DNA from: Phoronis australis
Lineage: Eukaryota > Animalia > Phoronida
Assembly (NCBI GenBank): GCA_002633005.1
Contig: NMRA01000270.1
Coordinates: 146,345-210,344, forward strand
Direction: 5' to 3'
Length of the DNA stretch: 64,000 nucleotides
Positions 1-14,363 of the stretch are shown here, piece after piece. A program made the translations under genes and the position numbers. Every line of letters begins with the position of its first letter. Positions within the stretch are counted from its first letter, which is position 1. Below the pieces are notes generated by a model. The model was not told the DNA's origin. It searched no databases and worked only from the letters and a program-made list of their open reading frames with translations.

Positions 1-3000
1 ACATAAGAATCACGTGTTTTGTGCACATACGCGCACGCCGCAGATCACATCTCGGAAATTGCCGATTTGACGGATGAGAATGAATGAACACAATGAAATT
101 AACGTCGTTTTACAGCTTGTAAGATTCATAATAAACGTATTTTGAATATTGCAATGCATGTGTTCCAAAATCTAAATAACTTAGGTCCTATATTTTTGTA
201 TTAGTGCGCGCCGAATGAAAGTAATCGTGAGTGTTGCTGTGTTGCAAAATCTCTTATCCTGGGGTGATTTGAAAAATTCAAAGTCGTACTCATATTTGTT
301 TTCGCTCCTCTTTTCAAATATTACAGTAAAAACTACGTAAGACTCTCTCCATAAAAAGTACAGTCTGCTAGCTAGATTATAATCAGCTGATCATATCCGC
401 ATGAGCGAAGTCAATTATCCTCGCTCGTGACTCGATGACTAGAGCAGTTTGGCGGCATCCCTTTGATCGTGAGCCGAGCGCTTCTCAGCCAAGGTGGATA
501 AATACAGTCTAGTTCAATTTTCCATACCCCACCAATCTTATTTAGTGGGAATGTTCATAGCATGCATGCACAATGATTTTTTCAGGACTGCCAGATCTTG
601 TTGATTAATTGAAGTCATGAATTTTTGAACAGTAGGTAAGTCATTTTTTGCATGTACACCTTCATGGACTGGGCACTTATTTCAAGGAAGTCTGAAAATG
701 CGTGTGGGGGTGCTTATTGAGCCGGGGCTGTTTATTACGGCGACTAAAGTAATTTAAATTGCGACTGCCTTAACTTGTTTATGTTCCGGAAGAAATGCAA
801 GAGTCGGAAATTCATCAAAACAAAGACAATAGATGGGTAAAGTGCTAAATTCTCCTCCACAGAAAACAATACTGAATCTAAAACTAACTTGTATCCAAGA
901 AGAAAAATGGAGAATGCTTTTTAGTTTTGAAACCGAACTGCAGTTCCATGCAAAAAACTTTTCCACTAAACAAGATAACATCAAACCCAAATCATCGGGT
1001 TTGACAAATTGAATTAGACCCTATTCTTTCACCTTGGCTATGTGACGCTCAGCTCACGATCAAAGGGAACCTGCCTTGATGATCTATTAATGAGTTACGA
1101 GTGAGGATACTGTAATTGGCTTTGCTCATGTGGATACTATCAGTTGATTACAACCTAGCCTAGCTGACCGTACTTTTATGGAGACCGTTTTATATACTTC
1201 TGACTGTAATATTTGAAAAGAGGAGCAAAAAAAATATTGGTACAAGAATTTTTCAAATCAGCCCAGGATAAGTGATTTTACGACACAACACTCACAATAA
1301 CTTTCATTCCGTGTGCACGAATGCAAAAAATAGGACCCAAGTGAGGATAGTATAAATGCCAGGATACTCAGTGGATTATTTAGGTTTTGGAGCACATGCA
1401 TTGTAATACTCAAAATACCGTATTCGCCCTAATAAGCGCCCATGTCCCTATAAGCGCCCCCCTCATGTTTTCAGACTTTGCTAAAATACCAGTAAGGGCT
1501 CAGCCCAGGAATGTGTACGTGCAAAAAATTGCCTTACCTACAGTTCTAACATTCTACGGTAACGTCTTCAATTTGTTAATAATATCTGACAGACCTGAAA
1601 AAATCATTGTGCGCGGAATTTGTAGACCACAAGCCTCGCCACTATGTCCGTATTTAGCCGTGACTATACACTTCAAACTTCTGCCATGCCTCAAAAAGAA
1701 CGTAAAAGTTTTGCTGATCTTGCAAGGAATGTGTCGTACGGTACTATGGTCAGGCCTTTCCGAACAGATGCAGAGTACTTGTCAATGGGATTGTATTGCA
1801 GATATTTCCCGTCCTCAACAGGAATCTAAATTTCTTTGTACACGTGAAAGCTGCAAATTGAAGACTAATAAACAAATAAACAAAACTTGAGCAGTGTTAA
1901 AAGCACGTGGCCAGGAAGCGCACGCTACATACATGTAGCGGCTGTCATAAGACATTAGTCAGGAACTATCCATTTATGAAACAGGTAGCACAGCATCGGC
2001 AAGAAATAAATATTGGCACTAATTTCCAACAGTTCCTAACACCATAAAAAATTTTGTGTTATTTTTAGAGGTATGGTTTGGTTAGTCATAATTGGTGTTT
2101 TTAAAGCCAAATATCCAATAAAATGACCACTGACAGTGAATGCTTACACACCCTTACACCAAAAATAACTGTCAGACAGTCACGAACGCATCCAGCCACA
2201 CGGCAACTAATATGGGCCTTACCGAGACAATTGTCGATGTTTTTAGCAGATGAGACCAGCAAGAACTGAATGAAACACATTCTGCTTTACTGCTTGTGCT
2301 AATTTCTTAGATACAATGCATATCTAGCTCATTAGATTGTGTTTACTCTGGCTAATGAACTCTGGGTGACATGCACGCACTCAGTTACTCAGACACGTAG
2401 ACGAACTTCAAAACAAACGTCACGTGACAATAGCACGTGTGTTCGTCCATATTTTTCTTGTGTTGCCACGGGTAGGCCTACAATCATAGATGGCACGATG
2501 TAGCACAGATTTGAACTTAACCTGCCGTTAATCCCGTCTCCACAGGAACTTAAAAATCTTTGGGACGCTATTTGGAAAACTTAAGGAGAATTTCAGGTAA
2601 TTTGCTTGAGTCGAAACTGTATTTTTAATCCAGCATTCAAGTTACCATATCGACGACTGCGAGGCGGTGAGTCGGCGAGTTTTTGCCCTAATATTTCAGC
2701 ACAATTTTCAGTAAAATGATTGTAATTTAACAGTGAAGTTTGATAGTAATGTACCACAATTTTGTAGAAAGTCTGTCATAGGTAGCAGATACATCACAGA
2801 GCATGAATCTTAGCTTCCGATTTCAGCTGTTTTGAAGACCGGGCTTCAACTGCCTTGGGTTACAATAAGCGCCCCCCCCGAAACGAATTTTTCTAAGCGC
2901 CCCGGGCGGTTATTAGGGTGAATACGGTATGTTTATTCTAGCTATTACAAGCTCAAAAACGAGGTCGGTTAATGTCAGTTTGCACATTCATTGTCATCTG

Positions 3001-3050
3001 TCAGACCGGATGTGACTCACTGCGAGTGCGCATATGAATACAAAACCCAG
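1..3050. mobile_element. Long diverged inverted-repeat (foldback-like) structure; left arm ~1-522, right arm ~1005-1417 plus ~2930-3050
   Basis: Matching reverse-complement blocks, e.g. ctcctcttttcaaatattacagt / actgtaatatttgaaaagaggag and ccctttgatcgtgagc / gctcacgatcaaaggg. The right arm is interrupted by the 1418-2927 MITE. Confidence 0.7.
1418..2927. mobile_element. Non-autonomous Tc1/mariner (pogo/Tigger-like) element
   Basis: TA TSDs (1416-17, 2928-29); TIRs CCGTATTCGCCCTAATAAGCGCC / GGCGGTTATTAGGGTGAATACGG; subterminal ATAAGCGCCCC repeats. Confidence 0.8.
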
Positions 3051-3347
3051 GCGGAACGGCGGAAAATATTGCCACTAAATTCCTGGCTTACAGCGATCAT
3101 CAATAAACTTCAGTATGAAATTATTGACAAGAACACGATTTAACGGCTTTGGATTGTTGGTGGTACTTATTTGAGATATAGAAGGTATTTTTGTGCATTT
3201 AAGTACCGCCGAGAAATATTACTGTGAAGCGGCTCCAATCAACAACACATATCCGCCATCTTCGCAGCCTCGTGTATGTAGAGAAGACATGGTTTAAATT
3301 ATGGCTTACAAAGTCGCCAGGCAAACACGACCCCATCTCCCAATAAC

Positions 3348-4127
3348 TTTTAAACTCCCTACATTTGGTGAGCTAATGAGATATGACATGTGACGTTTTT
3401 TGATTTAAAAATAGATAAGAAACTCGTTCTTCCTGGTGTCATTCGCGGCTTTCACCCCTTGAAAAGAAAACCTGTCAAGTATCAAGTATCAAACGGAACC
3501 TTACACGACAAATGATGCACTGAAAATTGCCAATGATAGTAATGAAGCAGGAGATTCATGTAATATGAAAATAATAAATTCAAACCTTGATTTCATAGTG
3601 CATGTTTGAGAGAGCTCAACTCAGTTCAGACAAGACACTCTGCCAAGCTAATTTGACAGGATTTTCAAATACCGATCATCCCACTCACATCAGCTAGTGT
3701 GTGACTGATGTACAAAAGGACCAGCTACAGTACTGAAANTTTAAACTCCCTACATTTGGTGAGCTAATGAGATATGACGTGACGTTTTTTGATTTAAAAA
3801 TAGATAAGAAACTCGTTCTTCCTGGTGTCATTCGCGGCTTTCACCCCTTGAAAAGAAAACCTGTCAAGTATCAAGTATCAAACGGAACCTTACACGACAA
3901 ACGATGCACTGAAAATTGCCAATGATAGTAATGAAGCAGGAGATTCATGTAATATGAAAATAATAAATTCAAACCTTGATTTCATAGTGCATGTTTGAGA
4001 GAGCTCAACTCAGTTCAGACAAGACACTCTGCCAAGCTAATTTGACAGGATTTTCAAATACCGATCATCCCACTCACATCAGCTAGTGTGTGACTGATGT
4101 ACAAAAGGACCAGCTACAGTACTGAAA
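3348..4127. repeat. ~390-bp near-identical direct duplication around a single N (3739), probable assembly overlap
   Basis: 3348-3738 is repeated at 3740-4127 with only about two differences. Confidence 0.85.
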
Positions 4128-6895
4128 CATCAGATGGTCAAAATGCCAGGGGGGCTCCTCACTGTCAAAATAAGACAAAAATGCAGAATTATCTTCAAGG
4201 TTTAATACAGTGAAAATATATCACTTACCGTGAAGTAATCTCAGTGAAATGATTTTTTATTCTATAAATGACACTCATTTGACAAGCGCACATTTGTATT
4301 CGCAAATAAAAATATCAAAATGTTTTCATTAGTGATATTCTAGTGTCTGTTATAATCAATATGCCCAGAGATTAGTTGACATTCATATCTTAGAGCCGAC
4401 GGCGGCACATGATGCCAGTTGGAACTTATACTGATCATGAAACATGAAGAGATTGAGGTCTCACTAACTCTTCAAAATGGAATTTACAAGTAAATGCAAC
4501 TTGGCAAAAACATGTGGACACTTTTAAGATCATACATAATGTAAAATGCAGTTTTAGAAATATGATTTAACAGCAGCAAAACATCCGTTGATGAAGGGGA
4601 GCGATATATTTAAGTGAGCAGACTGGAGACTTCATTACATTCCTCGAAATTATTGATGGGCTTGATTACTGAATGCCAAATTTCGTGCTGAAAGGCCTTA
4701 ACAAAATATCCCCGAGAAACACATTTGTAGCAGAAAGAATAAAGAAACGGACAATGTACGTCTTGCGCAAAAAATCAAGGTTTGTTAAAGTAACAGAGAT
4801 CTAGGTTCATGGAAAATCTTGTTTTCAAAAAAGTTTGTAATTACAAAGGGTTGGACAACATTTCAGTACAATCACGTAACATGTTTCAGTGATCATCCTG
4901 GACCTGATATTCATGGGTTTACAATTAATATTTAAAATGATATTTAAGAAATTCAATCTTTCATGAGGAAGATTGTCACTTGCTTCTTTGAATGATCACC
5001 ACTGTAAAACAAATATGAGAGCTTTTTGCTAAACACAGTCTTATCTTTAAATAGTATTACTAATATAAAGTAATCATACAAAGGAAACCTAAATCATGAA
5101 ATTCAGTCCTCGAACTTGGAAATATCAAATGTAAGGCAATATTATTACGGTCTCAGTCAGTATTTTTAAATTAATGTACACGTCATGTGTACTTGTAATC
5201 AGCAAACATGTAGGTTATAATCCAGTACCAGGCTATTCTGCAATTATGTGAAATGTTTTCGTTCTAGAAGCAAAGTATATATTTTATTCAGACATATTAA
5301 AACTGTCAAAATATGTAAAAATGTTCTAGAATACTTAAGCCTTATTCACGGAATATGGCGGGGGTAGGCAAGCTACACGAGTATGATTTCTTTTCAGTGT
5401 TACAATAACAAATGCAAATTGAAAATTCACAGTAGTCAGACACAGAGAAAAAAATTTGACGCTGATTATATCGGTAAATAATTGCTGAGATTGTATAAAA
5501 GCTGAACTTCACCACTGCTTAGCTGTCAATGTATTCTTATCAGAAGCGCTTTGTCCTTTAAAACACTACCACTCATCTGATCTTGAATTATAGACAACTA
5601 AGCTGGCAACTCGAGTCACGGCAATACGTATCAACACCATTTTAGAATCTGCAATTTTAGGGTTGTCCAAGTCTATTAAACTCTGAATCGTTTTCTTGAG
5701 TGAGTAATGGTAAGGAAAATGACGAGACCAATTTTATGAGGGTAAAAGACCTAATTCAATTTTTGTTTTTTAGTCAGCTAAACGGCAAAATGCAGATTTA
5801 AGTTTTGCCGGGCATTAGCAGAAATCAATAAAAAGCAAAGGTACGCTGGCAGAAGCAGGGGGCTTCAACTGCCTCTCGGCATGTGGAGGTGTAATCATAC
5901 CCATCTCACCTCGTTGACTGCAGACATGAACTTAGGCACCCCCTAAAGAAAACTCATCTTACAAATTTAGACCTCTTCAATAACGGGTGGAAACTCCTAT
6001 TAGTAAGCTAAACACCCGACTACTTTTGTGGTTCCATCGTACCATATATTCTTCCGAAAGGTGCTGGAGTCTGTTTCATGGTAAGTGACTAAAGATTTAA
6101 GTCAGAAATTTTGACTAACGTTCCCACTTTACAATTACTGAATGATGCTAATACAACAGTTTATAAATAATCAATACAAAGTTATCTGAACAACTAGTAA
6201 TTCAGGGTATCGCTTCAGTCAGACCTTGTAGTTCTGCTGAAGAGAGCTATTTTTTTGATGAAATAAATAAGTGGAGTGGGAAATAAAGTTTCTCATCTGA
6301 TTTTCTGAGGCATTTTTCATGAAACAGATTCCTGGTGTCCTTGAAGATAATCAAAGCCATCGGAACATGAACTGAGTATTAAACGAGACAAACGAGTCTG
6401 AACCAAGTATGAGCATCAAACTACTAACATTCAGCATGCAAGTTGTAACGGTCGACACCACGACCTTTAACAAATCTGTACCAAGCTCAGGAGCAACAGT
6501 GAAGAATATGACAGTAGTACTGACATTCAACACGCAAGTTATGATGGTTGACACCATGATTCTTAACGTCAGTTAATTGGCTTATATTTAGTAAATGCAG
6601 TGGGTGTAAAAATTATTTATATTACGGTATTTCAAGTTCATTTTGATAGTTTCTGGCAAGCCAAAACCATCACCTGAGTGACTCCGACTTGTGTACTAAT
6701 TTGTTTACAAATTGTTTCTTGTGGTATGAATGTTTGAGCTACCTCAATTTGTGATTTCTGGGGGTACATTCCAGGGAGCAAATTTTCTGTCATGGGTAAT
6801 TCAGTGCTCATTGTTTCAAGATTGTTCGCTTTAGCTCAGTTTCAAATAGTATATAATCTAGTTCAAAATTTTAACAGCATTCTGTGGACGAGATG

Positions 6896-7345
6896 TGTGG
6901 GGTTTCTGCTGGGCCCTACCTCAGGTGTATTTTGTCTGTATTAGGTTATTTAGTGGTCAGTGGCATGTACTGAATCATATGGGATTGTTGTTTTGTGGTA
7001 CCCTGAATTTTGTGAGTCCTCTTTGGGTGTCTGGCTGGCCCTGTTCAGAATGCAATTTATCCGCCATGTGACATTCAGTGTTCATTTCAAATCAGGTTTT
7101 GGGCAGTACTTCGTATATCACATCTGTCTCATACTTTCCACAGCACTTTGTGAATGAAACTATAGGGGGTTTCTGGCAGGACCAGCCATAGTGTATTTTG
7201 TCTGTAATAGGCCATTTAGTGATGAGTGGCATGTGTTGAATCAAAGGAATTTTTTTGGTACCTTGAATGTTTAAGCTTAAGCTCAATTTTGGAAGATCCT
7301 TTTGGGGTTTCTGGTGGGACATTTCTAGAGTGCTATTTTTTCTTC
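6896..7345. repeat. Diverged tandem duplication, unit ~265 bp
   Basis: gtgtattttgtctgta..tagg..atttagtg...agtggcatgt..tgaatca occurs at ~6926 and ~7191. Confidence 0.55.
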
Positions 7346-10300
7346 ATTTGGTGCCCAGTGGGACACAATTGCTGATTTTGAAGCTGGATTAAATTTTGGC
7401 CCCAATGGAAGGCCCCCAGGGACACACCCAGAGTGCAAACACCAGCAGACTCATCCAATACTAAAATCAGCAGTGAATGAAGAAAACGCTTCAGTCCTTA
7501 CTGGGGTAACCCTAAAACTGCAAATTTGAAATTGGCACATGTAAACATTGCTTGTGACTTGAGTTGATAATGGAAATGCAATCCTAACATGGTAAGGAAT
7601 ATGAGACTGCAAAGGCCTCATTAGATTTTCAGCGAGTCAAACAAATAATGCAAAATGCACTTGAGTAACAAGTTAAAAGAGATTCTGAAATTCCTTCCAT
7701 TTTGATTGGCTCTTTTTGTGATATGGCATGCACTTTGATATCCAGGAGTTGGCCTTAGACCCTCGATGACCTGCGACAGGTCAGATGATAATTTTGGATA
7801 ATTTCGGCTTCATGCGATTATACAAAATCGATGACAAACTGGACTACACACAACTTCTTTGTCAATTACAAGAATTAGCAACATGTGTTTAAAAATGGGG
7901 TAATGTTTTAGTTTCAACTGACCCCAAAAAATGGGTCGACATAGCAAATTAAAAAAAAAATTAAAGTTTAGGAAATTCAAATACCGATGCTGAAACTAAT
8001 GGTAGAGATTGACCTTTTTATAAGACTTTCCATTTATTAAGAGTTCAAACTTGCCACATTTTTTTCAAAGACAGCGCAGGTGAGTTAAATTCGTCATGGC
8101 AAATTTCTAACTCAGGCAACCGAGATGAGTGAGAACAGCGTGTGGAGAACACTACTATAATACCTCCAGGTATAATTATCTGGGCCAGACATATAATTAG
8201 CAAATTAATTAATGGTCATATTAATTGGTGTCCATGCCTGCATATGACATGCCGAGAGAGTAAAAGCCAACCAAAGTTCATCGAAGAATGTGCATCAAGA
8301 AAAGATGGTAGGTACTGTGGTACACACTGTGGCAATGTTCATTTCTTAATGGATTCCCAGTAATTATTGAGATTCACTGTTTGATCTGGTAATGCCATAC
8401 TCATTACAGTAATTGATTTTTGAATGTGCTCGTATTTCACTGTTCTGTCAGTCGCTTCAAGCCTCTACAGATGCTGCGAGTGGAAAACTTTCAGTCTACA
8501 TATTCAAGGCCGCCTTAACTTTCTGATGAAATGGGCTCGGCAGAAAAACTCAACTGGCCATTCACAAGTTTCTAAGGTTGCCAGCTCCTGGCCACTCGCT
8601 TTTGCCCATTGGAAGATCCTACTAAGTATGTTGGAGTCACAGAGCACATACAGGAGATGTCCATGCGTGACAAAAAGCNTTGACACTTGAAATTGGGTTT
8701 GAGCCCCCCCTCAACACTAAAACTGCACACATTTAAATCTTTTTTCATCCGTATAATTTTAATTACCGGGGTTAATTAATAAATTCACCATTTCCCTACG
8801 CTCTTTCTGTTTTATTTTTTTTGCGGCAGCCAAGGGGGGGCCCCGGCCCCCTGGCCCCCCCCCCTAAATCCGACTATGTTTCTATATATATAGCAAGTCT
8901 TTGAGTCCATATTTCACTGCTCATGTACACACTGCACTTAAGGTTATCTCAAACCTTATTTAGTTGCCTCCATTCTAACTCGTATATCAAAAAATTAAGT
9001 TTTGTCAACCAGTAAAAGTATGTATTTGCTGAAAGAAAAAAAGATTAGAGAATATAAAAATATGATTTGTATTTATGTGCCATTATTATTATTACGTTAA
9101 CACCTTTTTAAGTCAAAATTTCATTTTTAAGAAAGGTAGATTTATAGCAAAATAACCCCTCGGTGGATTTTAATGAAACCTTTTATTACATGAAAACTTC
9201 ACCAGTTACCTAAAAAAAGCTGTTAGGAATTTTCAATTAGTCTTTTCGTATGGTTTCTATGACAAATTAACTCGCAAACGTAAGGTATTTTTGTAAAAAA
9301 TAGAAGTTGCATCCTTCTTTGTTACATTATGCAAAAACTAGGCCTTTATATTGAAAATCCTGACAACGTTATTGAGAATGATGAATAAATTTTAAGTTTG
9401 GAAAGCTTCATCGAAATCCACCAAGCTGTTTTTCGAGAACTCATGTTCCTAAGTTCAAATAAAGTCCATTTGCCAAACCCGAGAAAAAGCCGATTAAACT
9501 AGGACGAGTGAAAATCTCAAAGTCTTTGGTTAATTATTCGGTGAAAACTTGTTTTTGTTCAACACATCCTAAACACACCTAAACCCTGTTAGTTATTTCA
9601 ACATTCACTCACAATGTCAACTGAATTTGCAGTGTGTAATTAACTTATTTTATCATTAAAACGTACCGTACCCAGCCATGAGATGGGATGAACTGCTGCT
9701 GTTCTGTTTTTGACCTACTTTTAAGTAGTTCATTGTTACACACAGTCTATACACATCACATGCCAGGAGACTGATACGAAACCAAGAAATGGATCACAAA
9801 AATTGAGTTGAGCATGTCATCAGTATGATATCGAAACAGCGAAATGTCAATTTACTTATTGAATTAAGGAATTAAGGTGAGGATGTATTTCACAACTTGC
9901 TGTGTTCATGACCACAGAGGCGTGAGGCATTTCGTATGGTTCTCAACGGTCATATGCATGTGGACGCACAACTCCCTCAGGATCAAATCTACGTTCTGTC
10001 TTTGTTTTCCCTAGCACCGTTCTATCATAACCTCATTGACTCAATATTATGGCGATTTGGTGAATGAAAGGACTGAGGATACATACAAAGCTACTCTTTA
10101 CCTGGTGGGAGATTCGATTTGAGTGACAACGGTTGTGCAGTTCCAAGGTGGTTCTGCTAAATCTTTTTTTCTCACTACACGGTATATATTTTGTATTTGA
10201 AGTTCCCCGAGAATCAAGATAAGGTATTTTGCTAGACACCTGAAATATTGTAAAAATAGCATTCAACCAAGTGATGAAATATTTCAGGTCCGACATCACA

Positions 10301-13300
10301 TTCTTTTGATATCTAAGCCCAAAAACAAGGTATCCTACAGTCAGCTGGCTACCGCCATTTTCTAATGTGCATTTCAGAAACAGCCCGTTCGCAGTGTCCC
10401 GTGATCCGTAGTTGCGATGTGTAACATGACAAAATAGGAGCACCTCATCAACTGTGGGGTACCTAATGGTTTGAGTCCCGATATGAAAGGGTGGCGATGT
10501 CAGATCTGAAATCTCTCATCACTTGGATGGATATTATTGATAGACGAATAGCATGACGTTTCGTTCTTTAATTTCTGATGAATTATTTTCGAGTAATGGA
10601 GGGAGCCATGTATCTGGTTGTTACTGATAAAGATTCGTGTAAAACATATATCATAATGACATACCTTTTTAATTTTTTAATTCGCTTCATAAATTTAATT
10701 TGAAAATATTCATTTAAATAATATTTTATTTAATTTAATTAATTTAATGCAACTTTTTATTTAATTAATTTACTTTATTGCTGTAACCTGATTTAGCCAT
10801 TGGCTAAATCAGGTTTTTAATTCTATTGTATTTTATTCTCTACAAATAATGTTTATGATTATTACATCAACAGATGAGCCTGACAGTACAACTAATCTGA
10901 AAATCTCATCCCATAGCGATGTCCTCCTTTGAGTGTCTTCCAGCCAGGGTATGTCAAACACTTATTGTATGCCCTCATCACAACATCTGCGGCTGGTTTG
11001 ATTAAGTGTTTTAAGACTTATAACTTAAAACAACAGAAGACATTACACAGTGATAATTTACCAGTAACAGATATGTAGTGACCACAGTTTATACGGACAA
11101 AAGTTGATGCAACTGAGAATCCCATCAAATTCAGTGTCCTAATGCAAAAATTTTTCTTAAAGTTTGCTTGAATGAATACTAAGATTATTCCCGGCAATAT
11201 TGATATGGGAAATGCACTTCCAATGCACCAGACTTATACTGAAGTGCAAATAATACAAATAAATAGATTGAACTGTCCATTGTGGAGGCCTTGATGTTTC
11301 ACTACACTTATATGACATTAGTATACACATGGATTCACAACATTGCATGGATCACTAAAATCACAGTGGGATAACACAGTTATCATGACTCACCATTGTG
11401 GAGCTATCAACATACAAGATGAGTTAACACAGGCCTAGAATATAAATTATGATATGTTTGCTTTCTGTTTTTGCTTTGTATATAGAATTACATTTCACTG
11501 AGTGGTCTATTTCAGCATCAACCTCTTTATACTGAATTTTCCTCACTGCAACATTTCAGTCATCAGTTTCTCCAACCATCATCAGGTGAGCGACAGGTGG
11601 TATATCCATAACTGCTGACTAATGTATAAGTATTATTAAATTCTACAAGATCATCACCACAAAGTGGCTTCGAATGGTATGTCTGCTATACAAGGGCATC
11701 CATATCAATATTTAGTTCTGTCCAGATAAAATAGAATTAGTCGATTTACGGACAATGTGGATTTATTCGAAACAAATTATAACTGCATTACCAATCAATG
11801 GCTGTGTTAGAAAACACTTCTGACAGACAGGAAAGTTACCCACAATCATAGTATAATGCACAAGAATAGGTCTTTTACAGTGCCCACGGGCAAAGAACAG
11901 TCTGTGTTTTCAGCGTTGACAGGTGGTTTCACCTGAAAGATGCACTCTGCAGCATTCAAGAGGAAACGTTGAGTCCTGACCATAACACAGACACCTTGCA
12001 CGAGAAATTCAAGAAATCCATCCCTGGTGAGAGCTGCATGTGTAGAGTATGGTTAGAAAACAATTCTAAGATGGCATTTCAAGTATCGAGAAGAAAATAT
12101 TAAGACTTACCACAGAATATGTGCAGAAAAATGTTTGCAGTCAGATTTGCATTGAGAGACCAGCAGTAATTCAAATGAACTCACTATGTTCTGACTTTTA
12201 AACCCTCACCAGCTGTTAACATCACCTGATAATCAATCTAACTGTATGCATGCAATTACTGCTGCAGTGGAAAGAATTGAGAAAAGATGGAAAAATGAAT
12301 GGGTACTTGATGTTAAAAGAATAAAACCCGGAGGGGGGGGGGCTGTTCCACATGATGGGTGGTAAACTGCTATCGCACTTTCAAATGCCAGGCCGATGCA
12401 ATGCACAGAAAATCAGTGTCCAATCATTAGAAAAAAAGGAGTACCCAAACCAATGGCACTTCCGACGACATCCACTCTGCCTCCCAAAAACAAATAACCA
12501 ACCTAGTTGACAACAAAACATCCCTACAAATCCTTCTATTGGATTTGCCAGAGACCTCTTCAGAAATAACGCTGCTCATGGGTTCTAACTGGATTACAAC
12601 AAGAGTGTCCAGTGAAGGCAGCAAGACCTCATTACATGCACCAATTACAATGAGATTACAGAGTGAAAGTCCTGAGCACACAAGCTGATCTACCTTGGAA
12701 AAGAGATTTGGATAGATAACACTGCCACTTAGACTCAATGACATTACAAAAGAATCTACTTACCTGGCAAGCTACCTGTAAACAATTTTCAGTAGCGATC
12801 TTTCAGTGAGGTGACACCGTCTATGTGGTACCTGTAATGATGGGAGATGAACATGAACTAAATAAACAACTCATTCTTTGTGACTTGATTTTCCTCACAT
12901 GAAAGAAGGTGAATGGATAAAAGAGGTCTCTAATCACCCTTATTTAGAACAGCCGATACACTTGACTGATTTCAACACCAAATGTCCTGTGGCTTCCAGT
13001 CACAGAAGATGGCTCATAGAACTGTAACCTGACTAGTGTCCCTGACTGAACTGACCCTTTTTATGTGTTGCTAATGGTCACTAAATCCAGTTTAATAGTG
13101 ACAGAAAATGGTGGCATAGCTAATGGATAGCTGAAGATTATAACAATAGCTGGTTGTGCTTACATTGTAAAGATTTTGTAACTTACAGACAATCAAACAG
13201 GAGCTCATTCAGTAGAGAAAAATAGTCAATTGCATAAGATGATGGGTAATTTTCCTGTTTACAAGGGACCTCATTCCTACCTACCTCATTTATATTTGTA

Positions 13301-14363
13301 TGACCCTATGACTGTAAAAATAAACTGCATGTCACAGCACCAATCACTTACTAATTAAGTGGTGCGAAGGAAAGCTGCTTTCAAAAACCACACAGTGTTT
13401 TGAATACGGTAAACATCATATCAATCCCGCAATTTTAATCAGGCAAAAAGCAAATCACCTGCAGCATAAGTTATGAAATTTTTCTCTTAGTAGAACAAAC
13501 CTAGGATCCAAAATAACCTACCATACTCATCTGGAATAATGCCCAGGCATAGCGCTTTAACTGGAAATTCAAGATTAGGCAAGGGCGTTTAAACACAAAA
13601 TTTTTGATAAGCCAGGGGCTAAGGCATTTACCTGAACCATCGATTCGGTCACACAAATGCGCCGCCATTTTCTACACATTAGTACAATAACGTTAGAATG
13701 CACATAAGCCAAAAGAACCTATCATGTTACCTTCATCAAAAAAATGTGTATTTTTCTACCAGTGTATGGCAAGGAACACAAAAGAGCTAAAATTCACATG
13801 AGAAGGGTTTTTGCATACATTATCAATGATGCCTTGGTTCTGCCAGATTCAACGCCAAATTCAACGCAGACTCTCATTGGCTCATCAAAACACTACATTA
13901 CAGTATGCAAATTTTGATTGGTCAATTTCAGGAAACCCAGAAAATGTTCTAAAAATAAACTTCAAACTCATCAACGTTTTTTGGTTATGAAATGAAATAA
14001 AAGCCGAGGAAGCGAGATGGTGAATGACAAACTGGTAAGATATGTATGAACTCTTGAAGCGAGCCGTGATTCAGTGTACGAAGGTTGAGGCATTCCTATG
14101 ACTTATTAAATGTCAGTGTGATGGCGGGACTTTATGATGGTCGCAAAGTAATCAGCACTTTACAATCCACAGGCTACAGGAAAACATTGATTAAAACCAA
14201 TGTAGGCACACTTGCTGAACTCTGATTGGAACACATTACATATTTAATCAGTCCATTCAACCCCATTCTGATACCACAAAAATGTTTCACAACAGGTGCT
14301 ATTCTCCCGTCCGGCAGAAATGTTCAAGCCTCCAAAGTTGTCGATTAGAAGTGTTCGAGACTA

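Noticed and set aside
1387-1890. 167-aa ORF as a possible transposase
   Set aside because: Spans the MITE boundary and has no HTH or DDE motifs.
3348-4127. Direct repeat that could look like LTRs or a tandem duplication
   Set aside because: Copies abut a single N and are almost identical, typical of an unmerged contig or haplotype overlap.
10033-10443. 136-aa ORF as a possible decayed THAP or transposase
   Set aside because: Motif matches are too weak to support.
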